DNA of 63,989 nt, counting the filler, from Collodictyon triciliatum (Eukaryota): assembly GCA_043381765.1 (NCBI GenBank). It is 5 parts of 5 records of this genome, joined end to end, with 100 filler letters (N's around TTAATTAATTAA, not from the genome) between each part and the next. Parts side by side here need not be neighbours in the genome. Positions count along the whole stretch, not along the records: positions 1 to 26,709 come from JBHJMP010000951.1; 4 more parts are not named here. One strand, 5' to 3'. The translations under genes and the position numbers were made by a program. The notes beneath the pieces are model-generated. The model did not search any database and was not told the origin of the DNA. It saw only the letters and a program-made list of their open reading frames with translations. Of this stretch, positions 1-13,730 are shown piece after piece. Numbering within the stretch: position 1 is the stretch's first letter; each line of letters begins with the position of its first letter.

Positions 1-106
1 TTTTTTTTTTGAGTTAGCCAAAGTGGATGGGTGTTATTCTCTTTTACGTACTTGTGGAGTCTTCCTACATTTGTGATGCATATTTCATTCCTATATCACA
101 CATCAG

Positions 107-3100
107 GTCTACATTTACGCAGATTGCGCACTGGATTCAAGAGTAGACTTTTATACGCTTGATGTGTCTATTAGTCATTGGACACAACTAGAATGCAACT
201 TACTAGTCTGCCCAGGGAGTGGTGTAAACGCTTACTCCTTTTTTCACAATGACATATTGCATCTGTACGGAGGCTCGACAGTGCAGTATCTGCCATCCAA
301 TGGGCTTCTCTACCATTTTCTTGAAGGTAAAACACTTCCTGTTTGGAAATTAATTCTTTATTTTATGGGTAGAAATTTAAATATACAATCGTATATCCTA
401 GGCTCTAAGTCTTGGGTGAAAGTAAACTACAAGAACACGCACCCAGTACTTACAAAGGCATCAAACGTTTATGAATTCAAGAAGCTATATGTATCTGGGG
501 GATACCGGATAGATAATACCCCAAATACTTTGATTTGGATTCTCGACTGTGGTAATAAATCCCTAAGATTCCTCGTAAATTTGTTCCGAAAAGCAATGAC
601 ATTAAAAGTTCTGTGCACGCGAATAATTCAATTTATTTATAAATGGTTTTTATATCATTCAGATTTATTGTCATGGTATTACGTGGATACGAAGTTTCAT
701 TTTGCAGAGTCCCACACGTCATTCATATACAATCAAGTGTTCTGGACATTTGGTCCCGAGTTTATTGACACCCCAGAGATATCATGCATGACATCTTTTT
801 ATGGACTAGAGTGTAAAAACAGATTTTATGATTCGTATTCAAAGTATTTCATACCGTATTTAAAATTAAATGATTAGTAAAAAAGCTTAGAGTAATAAAA
901 GTGTCAACAATCCATCTCGTACTGATTTTTTTTAAAAAAATATAATATATCTCTAAAATTAGCCATATATGATACGCTCTATTTTTAAATATTTTTACAC
1001 CACTCTTAATCTAGGGTTAGTATACTGACGAAAAAAAAGGGTATCCGTCGATTTACTTATTTTTTTAATTATACACTCTAGCGAAGTCATTGAATATCAC
1101 GACGGATACCAGGACATGTTCCAAGAGAGGTCAACCGTTGCCTCTGAATTATCCGCTAGTTAGAATAATGGCTAAAATATATGTCAATCGCGATGATTTA
1201 ATTCTTGTTGGTGGTAGATACAGCAACTCATATAATGACATATGGATATTTAACACAGGTTCTATTCGGTGATACTATTACAATGAATTATTGATAAATA
1301 CTAGCATATACATTAAAACAAAATTCAAATTCTCAAATACTTTTTATGCGCTTCCTCCGTATTTGCTTTCTATTTACTCTGTTAAAGTCGCGATGAGGTG
1401 GATTTGGACAACAAATAATCAGCAGCCTGCTTCAAGATCCAAATTTTACTTCGGGAAGCTCGATGATGATACATTTGTACTTTTTGGGGGATCTATTTCT
1501 TCAACTTCTCTTATCGTGATGAATGACTTATGGACATTTAACCGTCGTATGAGCTTGGCGAATTCAACTGCAATTGTCATATGTGGTTTTCCATTTTGTT
1601 AAATTGATCCGTCATTTAATCAAGAACTCCCTTTTTTCTGTCCTATTTTTTTCAATTCCAAAGGAAATCGGACATGGAGCCTTGTCCATAGAGAACATAT
1701 GTGCGACTCTTTCAATACAACGTGCGCTCCTCGGGTTATTTCTGCCGTATGAATCAATTTATGCTTTTTCTTGTGGGTAGTTTTATCTCCCAAATAGTTT
1801 TCACAAGAAAATTAATACACCCAGGTTTATGGAATTCACAACCGAACTCTTTATGTTTTGGGTGGTTCCATCGGGTTCGATAGTCCTCAAGATATCTTTA
1901 GAAAATACAGCTTCGGTAGCATTATAATTACTTTAAACACGCAAAACATATGCGAAATATACCACCCATTTCAAGGGCACTACAATCCTATAATAATTAA
2001 CTTAAACCCTCTTTTTAATCAAGAAAAAAAGGTGTGGTCTTCTGTATGGATTCGCAATACCCAATCCGGAGATGTACTGAGTGTTCTGCCACGAAATCCG
2101 TCGTATGTCACGATTGAATCAAATCTGTGGGTGCTTTTAGGGGACCTGGCCATTAACACTAGCTCAAATCAACCGACTTATCGGATAGACATGGAATCAG
2201 AAACATTCGAAAGCTTTCAACAGTCACAGATATATCCTCCATTGAGAGGTTACTCATCATGTACTTTTAAGAATGACAAAATCTACGTTGGGGGAGGCAG
2301 TAGATTGGGTTTTGAGTCGACTTTAGACATTTGGAAATACAACACCTGTAAGAGCTTATCTTTGGTTGATTTTTGACGTAAAGAACACGGAAATGATGGG
2401 GAAAAAAAACTCAAAGAAACACAAAAATAAATAAGAAACATGAAAATAAACAAAAACATGAAAAAACTCAAAGAAACACGAAAATAAATGTAATTGATTG
2501 TAGTTTCAAATCGTTCAATAATTCACTCTAACTGTTTCAGTGACGAAGCAATGGTCTCTCGTGGCCAATCGATTCCCTACTCTATCTGATAGCTCAGCAC
2601 CTGTAATCTTGTACTACACATCAAGCCTCATTCTGTTTGGGATGTTTGACTATCAGTTCACGATGTCTGCATATGTACTAAAAAATGGTAAGTTTGAATA
2701 TGGAATTGCGTAAAGTCAAATATGCTGAAATTTCATATAATCACATATTATTACAAAAACATGCAGGTAATTGGATCAAAATCCAACTGCCATTTGAATC
2801 CCCTCGGATTTTTGCGCCAGTTTCGCTTACAGAGGGTTCCATATGGACTATCGCATCATCTTCTGATCAATTTTTTCCAAGTATTCGCATAGCATCTATT
2901 GAAACTGGTGAGAAATTCGATGATATATATTATGAAATATGCTACAGAAACTGATTCATATCCGGAGAATTCATGGAACATACCTCAGGTTCTCTGTTCT
3001 GTGATAAATACTCTCGAATACAAGTGTCTGATTCTTACGTTCTTGAGGATGGGAGCAAGGATGTCGGGTACTTCCCAGGAACTTATTGCACGTGGTCAAT

Positions 3101-3121
3101 CAAGGGAGCGAATTGGATATA
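107..3121 (+). CDS. Multi-exon Kelch-repeat protein followed by a CUB-like domain (attractin/MEGF8-like domain content); partial at both ends
   Basis: GT-AG bounded exons encode Kelch motifs (ILHLYGG, LYVSGG, LILVGG..YNDIWIFN, FVLFGG..MNDLWTFN, KIYVGGG..LDIWKYN). The exon starting at 2989 reads GSLFCDKYSRIQVSDSYVLEDGSKDVGYFPGTYCTWSIKG, a CUB-like C..DG..Y....C.W.I pattern. Runs into the N gap at 3149. Confidence 0.7.
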
Positions 3122-3148
3122 TGTAACCACTTAGTGAATATTAAAAAT

Positions 3149-3683
3149 NNNNNNNNNNNNNNNNNNNNNNNNNNNNNNNNNNNNNNNNNNNNNNNNNNNN
3201 NNNNNNNNNNNNNNNNNNNNNNNNNNNNNNNNNNNNNNNNNNNNNNNNNNNNNNNNNNNNNNNNNNNNNNNNNNNNNNNNNNNNNNNNNNNNNNNNNNNN
3301 NNNNNNNNNNNNNNNNNNNNNNNNNNNNNNNNNNNNNNNNNNNNNNNNNNNNNNNNNNNNNNNNNNNNNNNNNNNNNNNNNNNNNNNNNNNNNNNNNNNN
3401 NNNNNNNNNNNNNNNNNNNNNNNNNNNNNNNNNNNNNNNNNNNNNNNNNNNNNNNNNNNNNNNNNNNNNNNNNNNNNNNNNNNNNNNNNNNNNNNNNNNN
3501 NNNNNNNNNNNNNNNNNNNNNNNNNNNNNNNNNNNNNNNNNNNNNNNNNNNNNNNNNNNNNNNNNNNNNNNNNNNNNNNNNNNNNNNNNNNNNNNNNNNN
3601 NNNNNNNNNNNNNNNNNNNNNNNNNNNNNNNNNNNNNNNNNNNNNNNNNNNNNNNNNNNNNNNNNNNNNNNNNNNNNNNNNNN
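3149..3683. other. Assembly gap (N run)
   Basis: Run of N; the Kelch gene and TOGARAM1 both run into it from opposite sides. Confidence 1.
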
Positions 3684-3758
3684 AAAAAAAAATAATTTAA
3701 TTCATTGTTTTGACTTGTCCATATGCAGTTGATGCTATAGCAATTATATTAAATTTAC

Positions 3759-6700
3759 CTCTCTGAGCGTTTGCATTAGGCGAATGTTTACTGCTTTGAT
3801 TTCGCTCTTACTTTCATCGACAAGGCCGAAACACAGCGGAACGATAGACTTTGTTATCATGGTCGGCTTTTTGTTGTGAACGCTCGGGACAACACCTAAG
3901 AAAAAAGTTTAAAAAAATGCCATATTTTCTGATATTGAATACTACATAGTTGCATTTCAAGGAAGATGTTCCAATCAGGTGATATAATTATATCAGCCAT
4001 TGCAAACGATGGCCAGCGAACCAAAGCCAACACCTCCCACCATCTCGCACAAAATTGAAAGCGAGAATGAATAAAAAAAAATAATAAAAAAAAAAAAGGT
4101 TATATCAGCCACATTTTGTAGTCTTACTTCTTATTTTATCCAAAAGTTGAGGCTTCACACGAATGTTTCCGAAGGAAGCCGCATTCACCAATGGCGGGAG
4201 AATGACGACTGGATCCAACGTGGATAGGAGCAAGTCCAGTGTATCGCTGGCCAATCCACGGATTTGAGAATTGGATGCTGCAAGTGTATTTGCCAGCGCG
4301 GGTATCAACTGGGACAATACAGGCTCGATGTTATCCTGAAAGTGTTAAGAATTCATCATTTATTGTACTATTATACATTAAACGCCTAGATTTACAAAAT
4401 GGGCGTATTTGCTTCTTAGATGAATTGTGTAACATCAGAAGAATTTTGTAATTATTAATCGAATCAAATCGTGGGAGAATGATAGTCGTTACACTTTGTA
4501 CCAAACCTTCAATAAGCATACGACACGCTGAACCACCCCAAGTGCAGCAACACTGACTTTGGTATTTGCGTCACTTATTCTCAAAATAAGCGCATCAAAT
4601 ATTGCAATCAGTTTAAAGACAGATTCTTCAGGGTACTTGCTCATTATGTCCATAACAGCCGTCAGTGAATCCAGCTTCATTTTCCAATCTAATAAATAAT
4701 TTTGGTATCGCTCCTTCGCTTAACGACAAACATGGCTATTTTCTGTGCAAATATTCAGTTTTGCATTCCAAACACACAACACATTAAGTGATTGAATAAT
4801 GCAATATCGCTTAAATTGTACCATTAGAATTCATCTGCTGTAATAGGTTTGGCAACGTTTCAAATTCTGGTGGCAGTCGAACCACTTTTCCTTGTGATGG
4901 ATTCCGCCCGCCTTTGGACGCTGACCGTCGCGGCTGCGCTGGAGCATTCGATGATATGACTGTTCCACCGTTTGCTACTGACTGTCCCGAGTCGGATATT
5001 GTGTCTGGTATATCGTCGAATCGCTGAGAGTGTATGCCTGTTGGCTGCGCGGCATCTTGACTCACTTTACTAACCTGCTTTAATTATTTGAGAATTTTTT
5101 TTCCAGTGTTCGAAGGAAAAATTAATTAAGAAGCTGGAATGGATTGTCACTACGAAATGTATATGGGTGGTGGAGAGAGACCTTTTGCACGACAGCCTTT
5201 TTCTTAAAAGATGCCTCTGCATTCAACTCGATACCCTTGCTTCGAATCTTGGCTAAAACGTCCCTGGTACTGTTATATGCAGAATCACTGAGTGCTTTTT
5301 TGAGTAATCTATCAAACTCTGCTTCATCCAGCCTGTGGGTAAGTTGGTGTATCAGATGTGTGACATAAGACGCCTGTTATTAATCCAGATATTTTGTGGT
5401 TCGTAAAAGCACATGCCATATATTAAATAGATGGTGTATTTTATGGTATGAGAAATTAATAAATAAATAAAATAATTATGAATCGCAACCGTGTCGATAT
5501 TGAAAGAAGCGTATTTCTCGAGCCAGTTCTTGCATCCGCATTTCCGTCGTTGATTAATTGAGAAAGGGTGACGAGAAGCTTATCGATATCGCGTAAGGAA
5601 ATAACGCGAGAGCCCTATAAAAATAAAAACTACCGCTGTTAGAAAAGGTACAATAATTCTTTTCTTTTTCACCGCTCTATATGGCAAAAGAACTTTTGAG
5701 CTTTTGATTGTAGTTTATGGTATCAAGGAAAGACTAGTAAACGGTAGGTCGAAAAGTATATATGTCACCATATTCTCCACTAGTCTAAAGAGCAAGTATG
5801 CAACTCGTGCTCGTATTTGATTGTTCTTGTGCTGTGCATTTGCAATCAAGCAGATGACCATCTTGGACTCCGTTGTATTGTCGCAGGCAGAATTCAAGGC
5901 TTTCTCTGCTTCTTCGCAGATGAACACGTTGGATTCACCAGTCTTCCTCAATAGAAGCGGCACCTGCAGTTTTTGCATATTCAATTTTTAGGATATATAA
6001 AGTGGACGAACTCTAACAAAAAAAAAAAAAAAGGGAAAAAAAGCAGAGGTATGGACGATTGAAGTAACAAGGAGCTTGTGATTATTTTTCTTCCACACAT
6101 GGTGGTGACATAGGATGTGTGGTATGAAAGAAACCAAGGCATCCAGTTCGGTGTCCATCTGCTTTCGAAGATTACGGAACATCTCTGTGGTGGCTGTCAT
6201 CGCATATTTTGAAACAGATGACCGAAGATTTTCCACAGCGGTGATAATCTTCAAGACAACGGCATGGCTTAAAAAATCATTTATATGCGTGAATTAATAT
6301 AAATTTGAACTTAGACACAGAATAATTGAGATATTGCCTTATTGATCGATGGATTGGGTTATTACACATGAAAAGATATAGTTTGTTCGCTGTGGTGCGC
6401 AATTAATCGCCTCAGCACCGTGATTGCCTCAAAAACAATATTCCATTCTGGTGATGTTAATTCGGACATGGCTTTCTAAATAGATTCGAATTGTTACCAA
6501 ACCAAAGAATACAAATGGGATCTAAACCATTATTCCCCAGAGGTTTTAAGTCGGAAGTAAGAATGCTTAAAAATATTTATCTGCTGATAGAAAACCGAAT
6601 CTGTATTTGACTCTACTTTTTCTCTAGAATTTTTTTCGAAAAGCTCACTTTGAATTCTGAATCAGGGTTGTCGAATGGCTTAAGGTCGTCTTGTTGAACT

Positions 6701-9700
6701 TCATCAACGTTCTTCGCTGATGCCTCTAAATTGGACTTTACAGATGGTACATGCTTATTTGTCGACGTGCTAAGCTTGGATGTCCCAGAGGTCTAAGAAA
6801 TCAAATAAAATGAATAACATCGGCGCCAAGTAAAGAATTTGAACTATTTTGGTAAATAAAGTATCGAAGTACAAAAATTATACTTTAGAATGTGCTATCG
6901 ATTCTGTGCCACTGCCACTTTTGAAACTAGACTCAGGGCTGATAACTGGGGGGCTACTCAAATCCGAGTTTGAATTGGAGTCTGATGCAGGGTCTCTGTA
7001 CTTTGGCCTTGATGAGGAGCGGCCTTTCGAGCGAGTTTATATAGGTAAAAGATTTATCATATATTCAAATATGCAAAAGTCAAGGCATTTAAACATAGGA
7101 AAATGTAAGAGAATAACCACCAATATGAGTTGACAAATTGAAGTAATCGACTGGGTCAGTCAAATTTTTCCAGTCTTCACAACACAGGTAGAAATTTTTT
7201 TAAAAAAAAAAAAGCGATATACTGAATTTAATGTTTGCTGGATAGTTTACCCTTCGTAGGTTTTCCTCTTGCATAGTCTGCATTTCGGTATTCCCCTTCA
7301 ATATCGTCACCTGATTCTGCTTGTGCTGCATCTCCGTTATTCGAACTAGGTCCCAATGACCTATATAATATTTATTTAATAAAAAATGACGAGGATACCA
7401 CGCAGGTTTTGCACAGCTAATATTGTCCAAAAATACGAAGGGTCATTCAATTTGGGGAATGGCAAATAGAGCCACCAAGCCAGCAAAATGTGATGTGACA
7501 TTGAAAAGGCATAAGAATTTTAGAGTTAAAAAAATATACATACTTATTCCCGTGCAATTCTGGAGATCCATGTTCGTCTGCATCGAACCTATTTCCCGAA
7601 TGAGTAATATCTCTCCTAGTCCGTCTCAAATTAGTAATAGGAATCGGTACCATTTTTAAGACTGATAGATAGTCAAAAATAAATATCATAGAGACGAAGA
7701 GACCTAAAGGAAATGAATCGTAATACTCTATAATCCAACTCTACCTCTCGTCTATCGCGTACGTATCCCCTTCTTTTCTTATGTTTGCACTTCTTCTCTT
7801 TGATTTTGGGGCAGGGGGTTGGAATTGATTCTCTATGTTTTGCATATTGAATTAAAAAAAAAAGGCAGGGAATATATAGAGATAATTTCATATTAATTTT
7901 TGTCGAACTCGAGTATCAAATAAATTTTGAATATGTTTTCAGGATTCTTCGGGCGCATTTCTCTTTTCAAAACCTGGTCGGTCAACAAATTCATTTTCAA
8001 TGTGTATAGTTTTTGAACTAAAGGAATAGAAAATTATGATTAATTTGTTGTAATTATGTATTCTTTTAATTTAATTAACAACGTTTTTATCGACGAATTC
8101 GAGCTAACCTATCGACAAGTGGTCCTTGGTCGTGCTGCTCTGGCATGTGTCGCTGGGTCACCTTTTTCTTGATGGCATGACTTTCAGGCGGCGGTACAGC
8201 AGATGGCTGTCCCTAATTTGAAAATTGTTCCAGACGATAAAGATAATTTTGTATTATTTTCCATATGGAGATAGAGAAAAGAATCAAGTACAAAGAAACC
8301 AAATACAATACATGATTTCGGGGTGATAATCCCCTTGTGTTTGTTTGTGGTTGTCCTTGCCTGTTTCTAGCTGTGATGGTGGCGTTGCATAAAGTTAGAT
8401 GCATAGTTGAAATCATAAAAGTGATTTATAAAGTCGTATACGCTCCCACAAAAGTATTTGTCGTGAAAAAGTACATTTACCATTCAAAGATGAGAATTCC
8501 TCGGTCGAATCTCGAAAAACTTTTCCATCTGCATTTTCACTATCGATCCATCCCGGACTACTCGGGAGCTGGACACCAGCCAATTGTGCACTTTCCGTCC
8601 ACTCAGCCTCGTTGCTGTCAGCATTCGAGTAATGCACGTTTGTGTGGCGCGCTTGTTCTTGTATATCCTCTCCATCTTTATCATCATTTTATTGAGTTTG
8701 TGAGAAACAAAAATTATGCACGTAAAATATGTTGGACAAGTGAATGGACAAATAAAAAAGTGAGTAAGAGCAGATGGTTTTTCTCTTAAAAATAAAAATA
8801 AAAAACGAAGTAAAACACTTAACATTAAAGCAAAGAAAAGTAAGTGACCTTCATGTTTGCGTAAGCCTTGGCGAGCCCGCGACCCTCTGTTCCCTCTGGT
8901 CGACATTTCCCATGGAATTTTGCTTGACCTTAGAGAGAAAATGCAAAAATAAACAACAATCATCACATGGAGAGAGAAGAAAAAATATTATATTGGTAAA
9001 ATCCATACAATTGAACCATGAATCGTATTGAAATATTGAAATAGACAATGAGAATATAGAGTATAGAGTATAGAGTATAGAGTATAGAGTATAGAGTATA
9101 GAGTATAGAGTATAGAGTATAGAGTATAGAGTATAGAGTATAGAGTATAGAGTATAGAGTATAGAGTATAGAGTATAGAGTATAGAGTATAGAGTATAGA
9201 GTATAGAGTTNNNNNNNNNNNNNNNNNNNNNNNNNNNNNNNNNNNNNNNNNNNNNNNNNNNNNNNNNNNNNNNNNNNNNNNNNNNNNNNNNNNNNNNNNN
9301 NNNNNNNNNNNNNNNNNNNNNNNNNNNNNNNNNNNNNNNNNNNNNNNNNNNNNNNNNNNNNNNNNNNNNNNNNNNNNNNNNNNNNNNNNNNNNNNNNNNN
9401 NNNNNNNNNNNNNNNNNNNNNNNNNNNNNNNNNNNNNNNNNNNNNNNNNNNNNNNNNNNNNNNNNNNNNNNNNNNNNNNNNNNNNNNNNNNNNNNNNNNN
9501 NNNNNNNNNNNNNNNNNNNNNNNNNNNNNNNNNNNNNNNNNNNNNNNNNNNNNNNNNNNNNNNNNNNNNNNNNNNNNNNNNNNNTGTCCTTTTTTTTTTT
9601 TAAAAAAATAAAATACCTCCATTACGAGGAAGGTCGTTTTTTTTTTTTTTTTTTTGAAAAGAACAAAAGGAGTTATAACACGAGAAATAAGAAACATACC

Positions 9701-12700
9701 AAGATATCGTAATTAGAATATGTGCTTCTAATATATTAGAGCTAATAGTACTCTGCTGCGGTCGCTTTCCAAAAAGGAGGCTGCATATATACCGAGTTGC
9801 TGGCAATCATTTTCTCCACGTTTGAAGACAATTAGTGAATAAACAAACAAACTCAGAACTTCTTCTCGGACTATTCGGTTTGGGTGTTCATTAGCTTCGG
9901 CCAATCTGGTGATAACAACCTATTGAGAAAGAAATATGATGTCTTGATAAATTGATTGGAAAATCAGCAAGTTCATATAATATGAAAGTGAGCATCGATG
10001 TTCTTATAAAGATATATTACAGCTTATATATGGATCTTTGAAAATCATTTATGAACTAATTATGTTACCTTTGGCGTGACAGTTCGCATCAATCCATGGA
10101 AGACCCTCATAACAGCTTGCTTTGACGGGATTTTTTTATCACCGAGTTTCTTTTATAGTGTAAGGAAAGAATAAAAATATGACACACATATTTTATATAC
10201 TACATTAAAGTTATGATGCAAAGAACATGTAGAGAAGAAATAAAAAAAAAGTGTGATTCTTTATTAAAAAAAAAAAAAAACATATTCGAATGTGCACAGT
10301 ATAGTTGTATGAGTGGAATACTTCGATGAGATTCGGGATTAGGGTATCCAAATGGTGCGTGATAAGTGCGCCCGTTTTAGTTAGAATATCGCACACAATA
10401 TCCAAGGAAGAAATCGAGACTCTACTATTTGGGTCACATATCAAAGGGGCTAAGAATTTGATAAAATTTCCCAAGAACGGAAGCAACGGTGAGACATCAC
10501 TTGTGGATCTTATCACTTCCTCCATCTAATTCAAGAATAGCATATAAGATTGCTTCGTGTTGATTCGGCAGGTGTAAAAAGTACCAGGGTGGATATGTAA
10601 CATGAAGGTAACGGGGGAAATGTGCATAGTAGATGGATATTACAACATTTGAGAATAGAAGATGTAAAATATAAGGGATGGGATACTTGTATGTGCTAAT
10701 AAATAATTTAAGGACCTCAGCAACCGCAGTCAATCTATATTGCCAGTTTATTGCTTCGATGATATTGTGTACCAAAGAGACAGTGAAGAGACCAAACGCA
10801 AGTCCGTTGGCTTGAGTGAAAGAGATGTGAAAAGGGGGAAATAGTAAAGTTTAGTTTTTGGTATCTACGTATACCTTGCCTGAGTTTATTTTTTTTTTTT
10901 TTTTTTTTTTTAGTTTTAAGAGTTTTTGGCAGAAAATTCATACGTGCAATGCAGACGAGAGGTTCTTTCGTTCTTATTGATTTCTATAGTTTTTTAATTC
11001 ATGATGAGCACAACTTGTGTCAAATTGAAAGGACAAAACAAAGATAACATCTATTTTGGAAATGAGTGGAAAAATATTTAAAAAAATTGATTTGACATAC
11101 TGCTTTATGTTTGTTTTATATTTGGTCATATGAATATATGTATAAGTATATGACTAACCTCGCTGATAGTAGACACAGAGGAATGTGATGATGCAGATGA
11201 TGCAGATGACGCAGATGAAGGAGGGACTTTAGATTCACGCCCGCTAGGTCTTTCAGACTATTGGTATCAATCAAATAATTTAAATGAAATTAGAATCTAA
11301 TAAGAGAAAAACCCATCGATTCGACCCGAAGAAAGGTGGTTTTTTTATTCTAATTTAATTAAATGAAATCACTATGGCTTACAAAATAATAACAATAATA
11401 GTATCGTGTATGCCTTTTTGCATGATGAGCTTTTGAAGAAAAAAAACTTGCACATTTCCTCAGAGTATACACATATCGATTCGAACCTTTGCAATTATTT
11501 TGTCTCTGAACGATCCGTATGCTTGTTGGAGAGGGTTTGGAAAGCCTTTAACGATTTGATCAAACGTTTCTTTCAAGAGGTGCCTAAAATGAGCTAGAGC
11601 CTTTACAAAGAGTACTCTGGATTAGATAAGGCCAAAGAAAGAAGACAAAAACAATGCATTTGGAGTATATGTGTACTTCTGTCGATATGTATATCTGTGG
11701 CTGCGGTGCTTATTACCTGGATGGCCGAGGCAACCACCTTTTCAGCCTCGTCATTCAAGAGCAAAGTGAGTGACTCCACAAGTAACTTCCAATCCGGCCC
11801 GACATCTTTCGTTGGAATTAGAGCCACAATACCCAAAGTGCTTCCTTGTCGAATCTTCCACTGTATTCCACACAAGTAATAAAATTGTGAATGAAAATAT
11901 GAAACCAAGATGTGATGTGGTGAGATGTGATGAGATGAGATGAGATGAGATGAGATGAGATGAGATGAGATGAGATGAGATGAGATGAGATGAGATGAGA
12001 TGAGATGACATGACATGATATGATATGACATGATATGATATGATATGATATGATATGACATGACATGACATGATATGATATGATATGATATGATATGATA
12101 TGATATGATATGATATGATATGATATGATATGATATGATATGATATGATATGATATGATATGATATGATATGATATGATATGACAGCCCTCCCACGAAGA
12201 AACGACGGAGCAATAACAAGAAATGGGCGGGGAGCCACTGGAGGCGAAGGAGACAGAATGCGATTGGGGCAGGCGGCATGAGGCCAAGAGCCCGGCAGGG
12301 AGAGGGGCCCACCTCGTCAGACCTGAGGCCGCAGCGCACAAGGGCGTCGACAAGGGCGCGGAAGTCGCGGGAGGCCCTGAGATAGAGGGCCAGACACTGG
12401 AGCGCCGCCTTCCTGACGGGCACGGCGTCGTCGCCAAGCAGGTGGACAAGGGCGGGAAACAGGGCGTGGACGGGGGAGCGGGCAGACGGCGAGACGGCCA
12501 GACCGGGCATCAGGTGGGCCAGGATCAGCAGCGCGGGCAAGGCGCACCCGCACTCGCACTCGCGATCCTGATCCTGATCCTGATCGTGATCGTGATCGTG
12601 GTTGTCCCGCTGCAGGACTGCGCCGAGCGCCTCAACCCACTTTGCGCCGTGCTGCACCTCCCGCACAGACTGCGCCACATACTCCAGCAGCGCCCGTCGG

Positions 12701-12750
12701 CGGCCCGGCGTGCAGCTGCTCAGCTGGGCCACGAGCCCGTCCTCGTCCAT
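3759..12750 (-). CDS. TOGARAM1: Crescerin/TOGARAM1 (FAM179B/CHE-12-like) TOG-array ciliary microtubule regulator; 3' end not reached before the gap
   Basis: Spliced exons give HEAT/TOG segments: LVHLLGDDAVPVRKAALQCL; FGLFTVSLVHNIIEAINWQYRLTAVAE; LKPFDNPD..EWNIVFEAITVLRRLIAHH..AVENLRSSVSK..MDTELDALVPLLLRKTGESNVFICEEAEKAL (TOG3-like); FDALILRISDANTKVSVAAL (TOG4-like). A low-complexity linker separates the TOG pairs. ATG at 12750. Confidence 0.85.
9055..9209. repeat. (TATAGAG)n heptamer microsatellite in a TOGARAM1 intron
   Basis: Perfect tandem array abutting the N gap. Confidence 0.95.
9211..9585. other. Assembly gap inside TOGARAM1
   Basis: Run of N; TOG-gene exons lie on both sides. Confidence 1.
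11923..12183. repeat. Compound (GATGA)n/(GACAT)n/(GATAT)n pentamer microsatellite in TOGARAM1 intron 1
   Basis: Visible tandem array; produces the spurious SHLIS/SYHII ORFs. Confidence 0.95.
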
Positions 12751-13612
12751 GGCGTGGGGCGGGTTGGGACGGCCTCACGCGTTGCAGAGTCCCGGGTTGC
12801 TTTTCGCAGCGCGGTTTCCTGGCTGGCTGGCTGGCTGACTGACTGACTGACTGCAAGGTTATGGAAGGGGAATGACAATGACAATGATAATGATAATGAT
12901 AATGATAATGACAATGAGAATGGGCATGACAGCGAGAAGGACATTCAGATATGCGGGAGGGTGCGGAAGGTTGCTGGGGCGTATCAGTGGCCAGACCGAA
13001 GAGAGTGGGTTTCGTGCGTTGGGAGGCGCTGCGTAGGGGTTCGTTGGGTGGACAAAATTCCAAATTTATTTTACTGTTGTGGAATTTACAGTATAGATTG
13101 TTCATAGTGGCGTTTAGACGCCTTTAGTTCCCTCCAATATATATATTCTTGACGCATTTAATAACTTTATATAAATTTAGACATAGAGGACGTCAATGGA
13201 GATGGCGTGGCGTGCGCTCTTCGCTTCATCTTATTCTTTTGCCATTTATGGGCATGAATTGGGGACATATGCTTCTGGTGACAGAATAAATTCAGGCATT
13301 ATTAATTTCGTTTGTTATTTTAATCTGGTGTTAAGTCCGTCAATGAATCTGACGCATTTGCTAGTGGTGGTGTCTGCGCAACGTTTGAGTCTTCAGTCTG
13401 GTTGCGGATTCACACCTCCGACTACTGTTGTTGCTACCATAAAACAGAGTGAAAGAAAAGAAGAGAGAGAGAAAAAAAAGCATACGAAAAAAACACATTA
13501 AAATAAACCGCAAACATTCAATTGTCTTGCATTTATCCATTGCCTTGCGAAGCCAATAACCCAACTTTGGCCAGGGAGGAATGCGTATGCTTCAAACTCT
13601 CAACCCCCCACC

Positions 13613-13654
<42 letters not shown>

Positions 13655-13730
13655 AAAATAAAGTAAAAAATAGAAAGGTAAAACAGAAAAATAATACAAA
13701 GAACCACTTCGCAGTTAAATAACCCGAAGA

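Noticed and set aside
7362-7416. 18-nt cassette exon with a U12-like GTATCCTC donor in TOGARAM1
   Set aside because: It is not needed for the frame, the downstream intron would be under 40 nt, and there is no U12 branch site.
9055-9209. (TATAGAG)n as a telomeric repeat
   Set aside because: It lies inside a TOGARAM1 intron, lacks a G-run, and is one of many unrelated microsatellites.
11603-12449. Long overlapping ORFs with SYHII/SHLIS repeats
   Set aside because: They are read-through of an intronic pentamer microsatellite; the real exons flank it with GT-AG sites.
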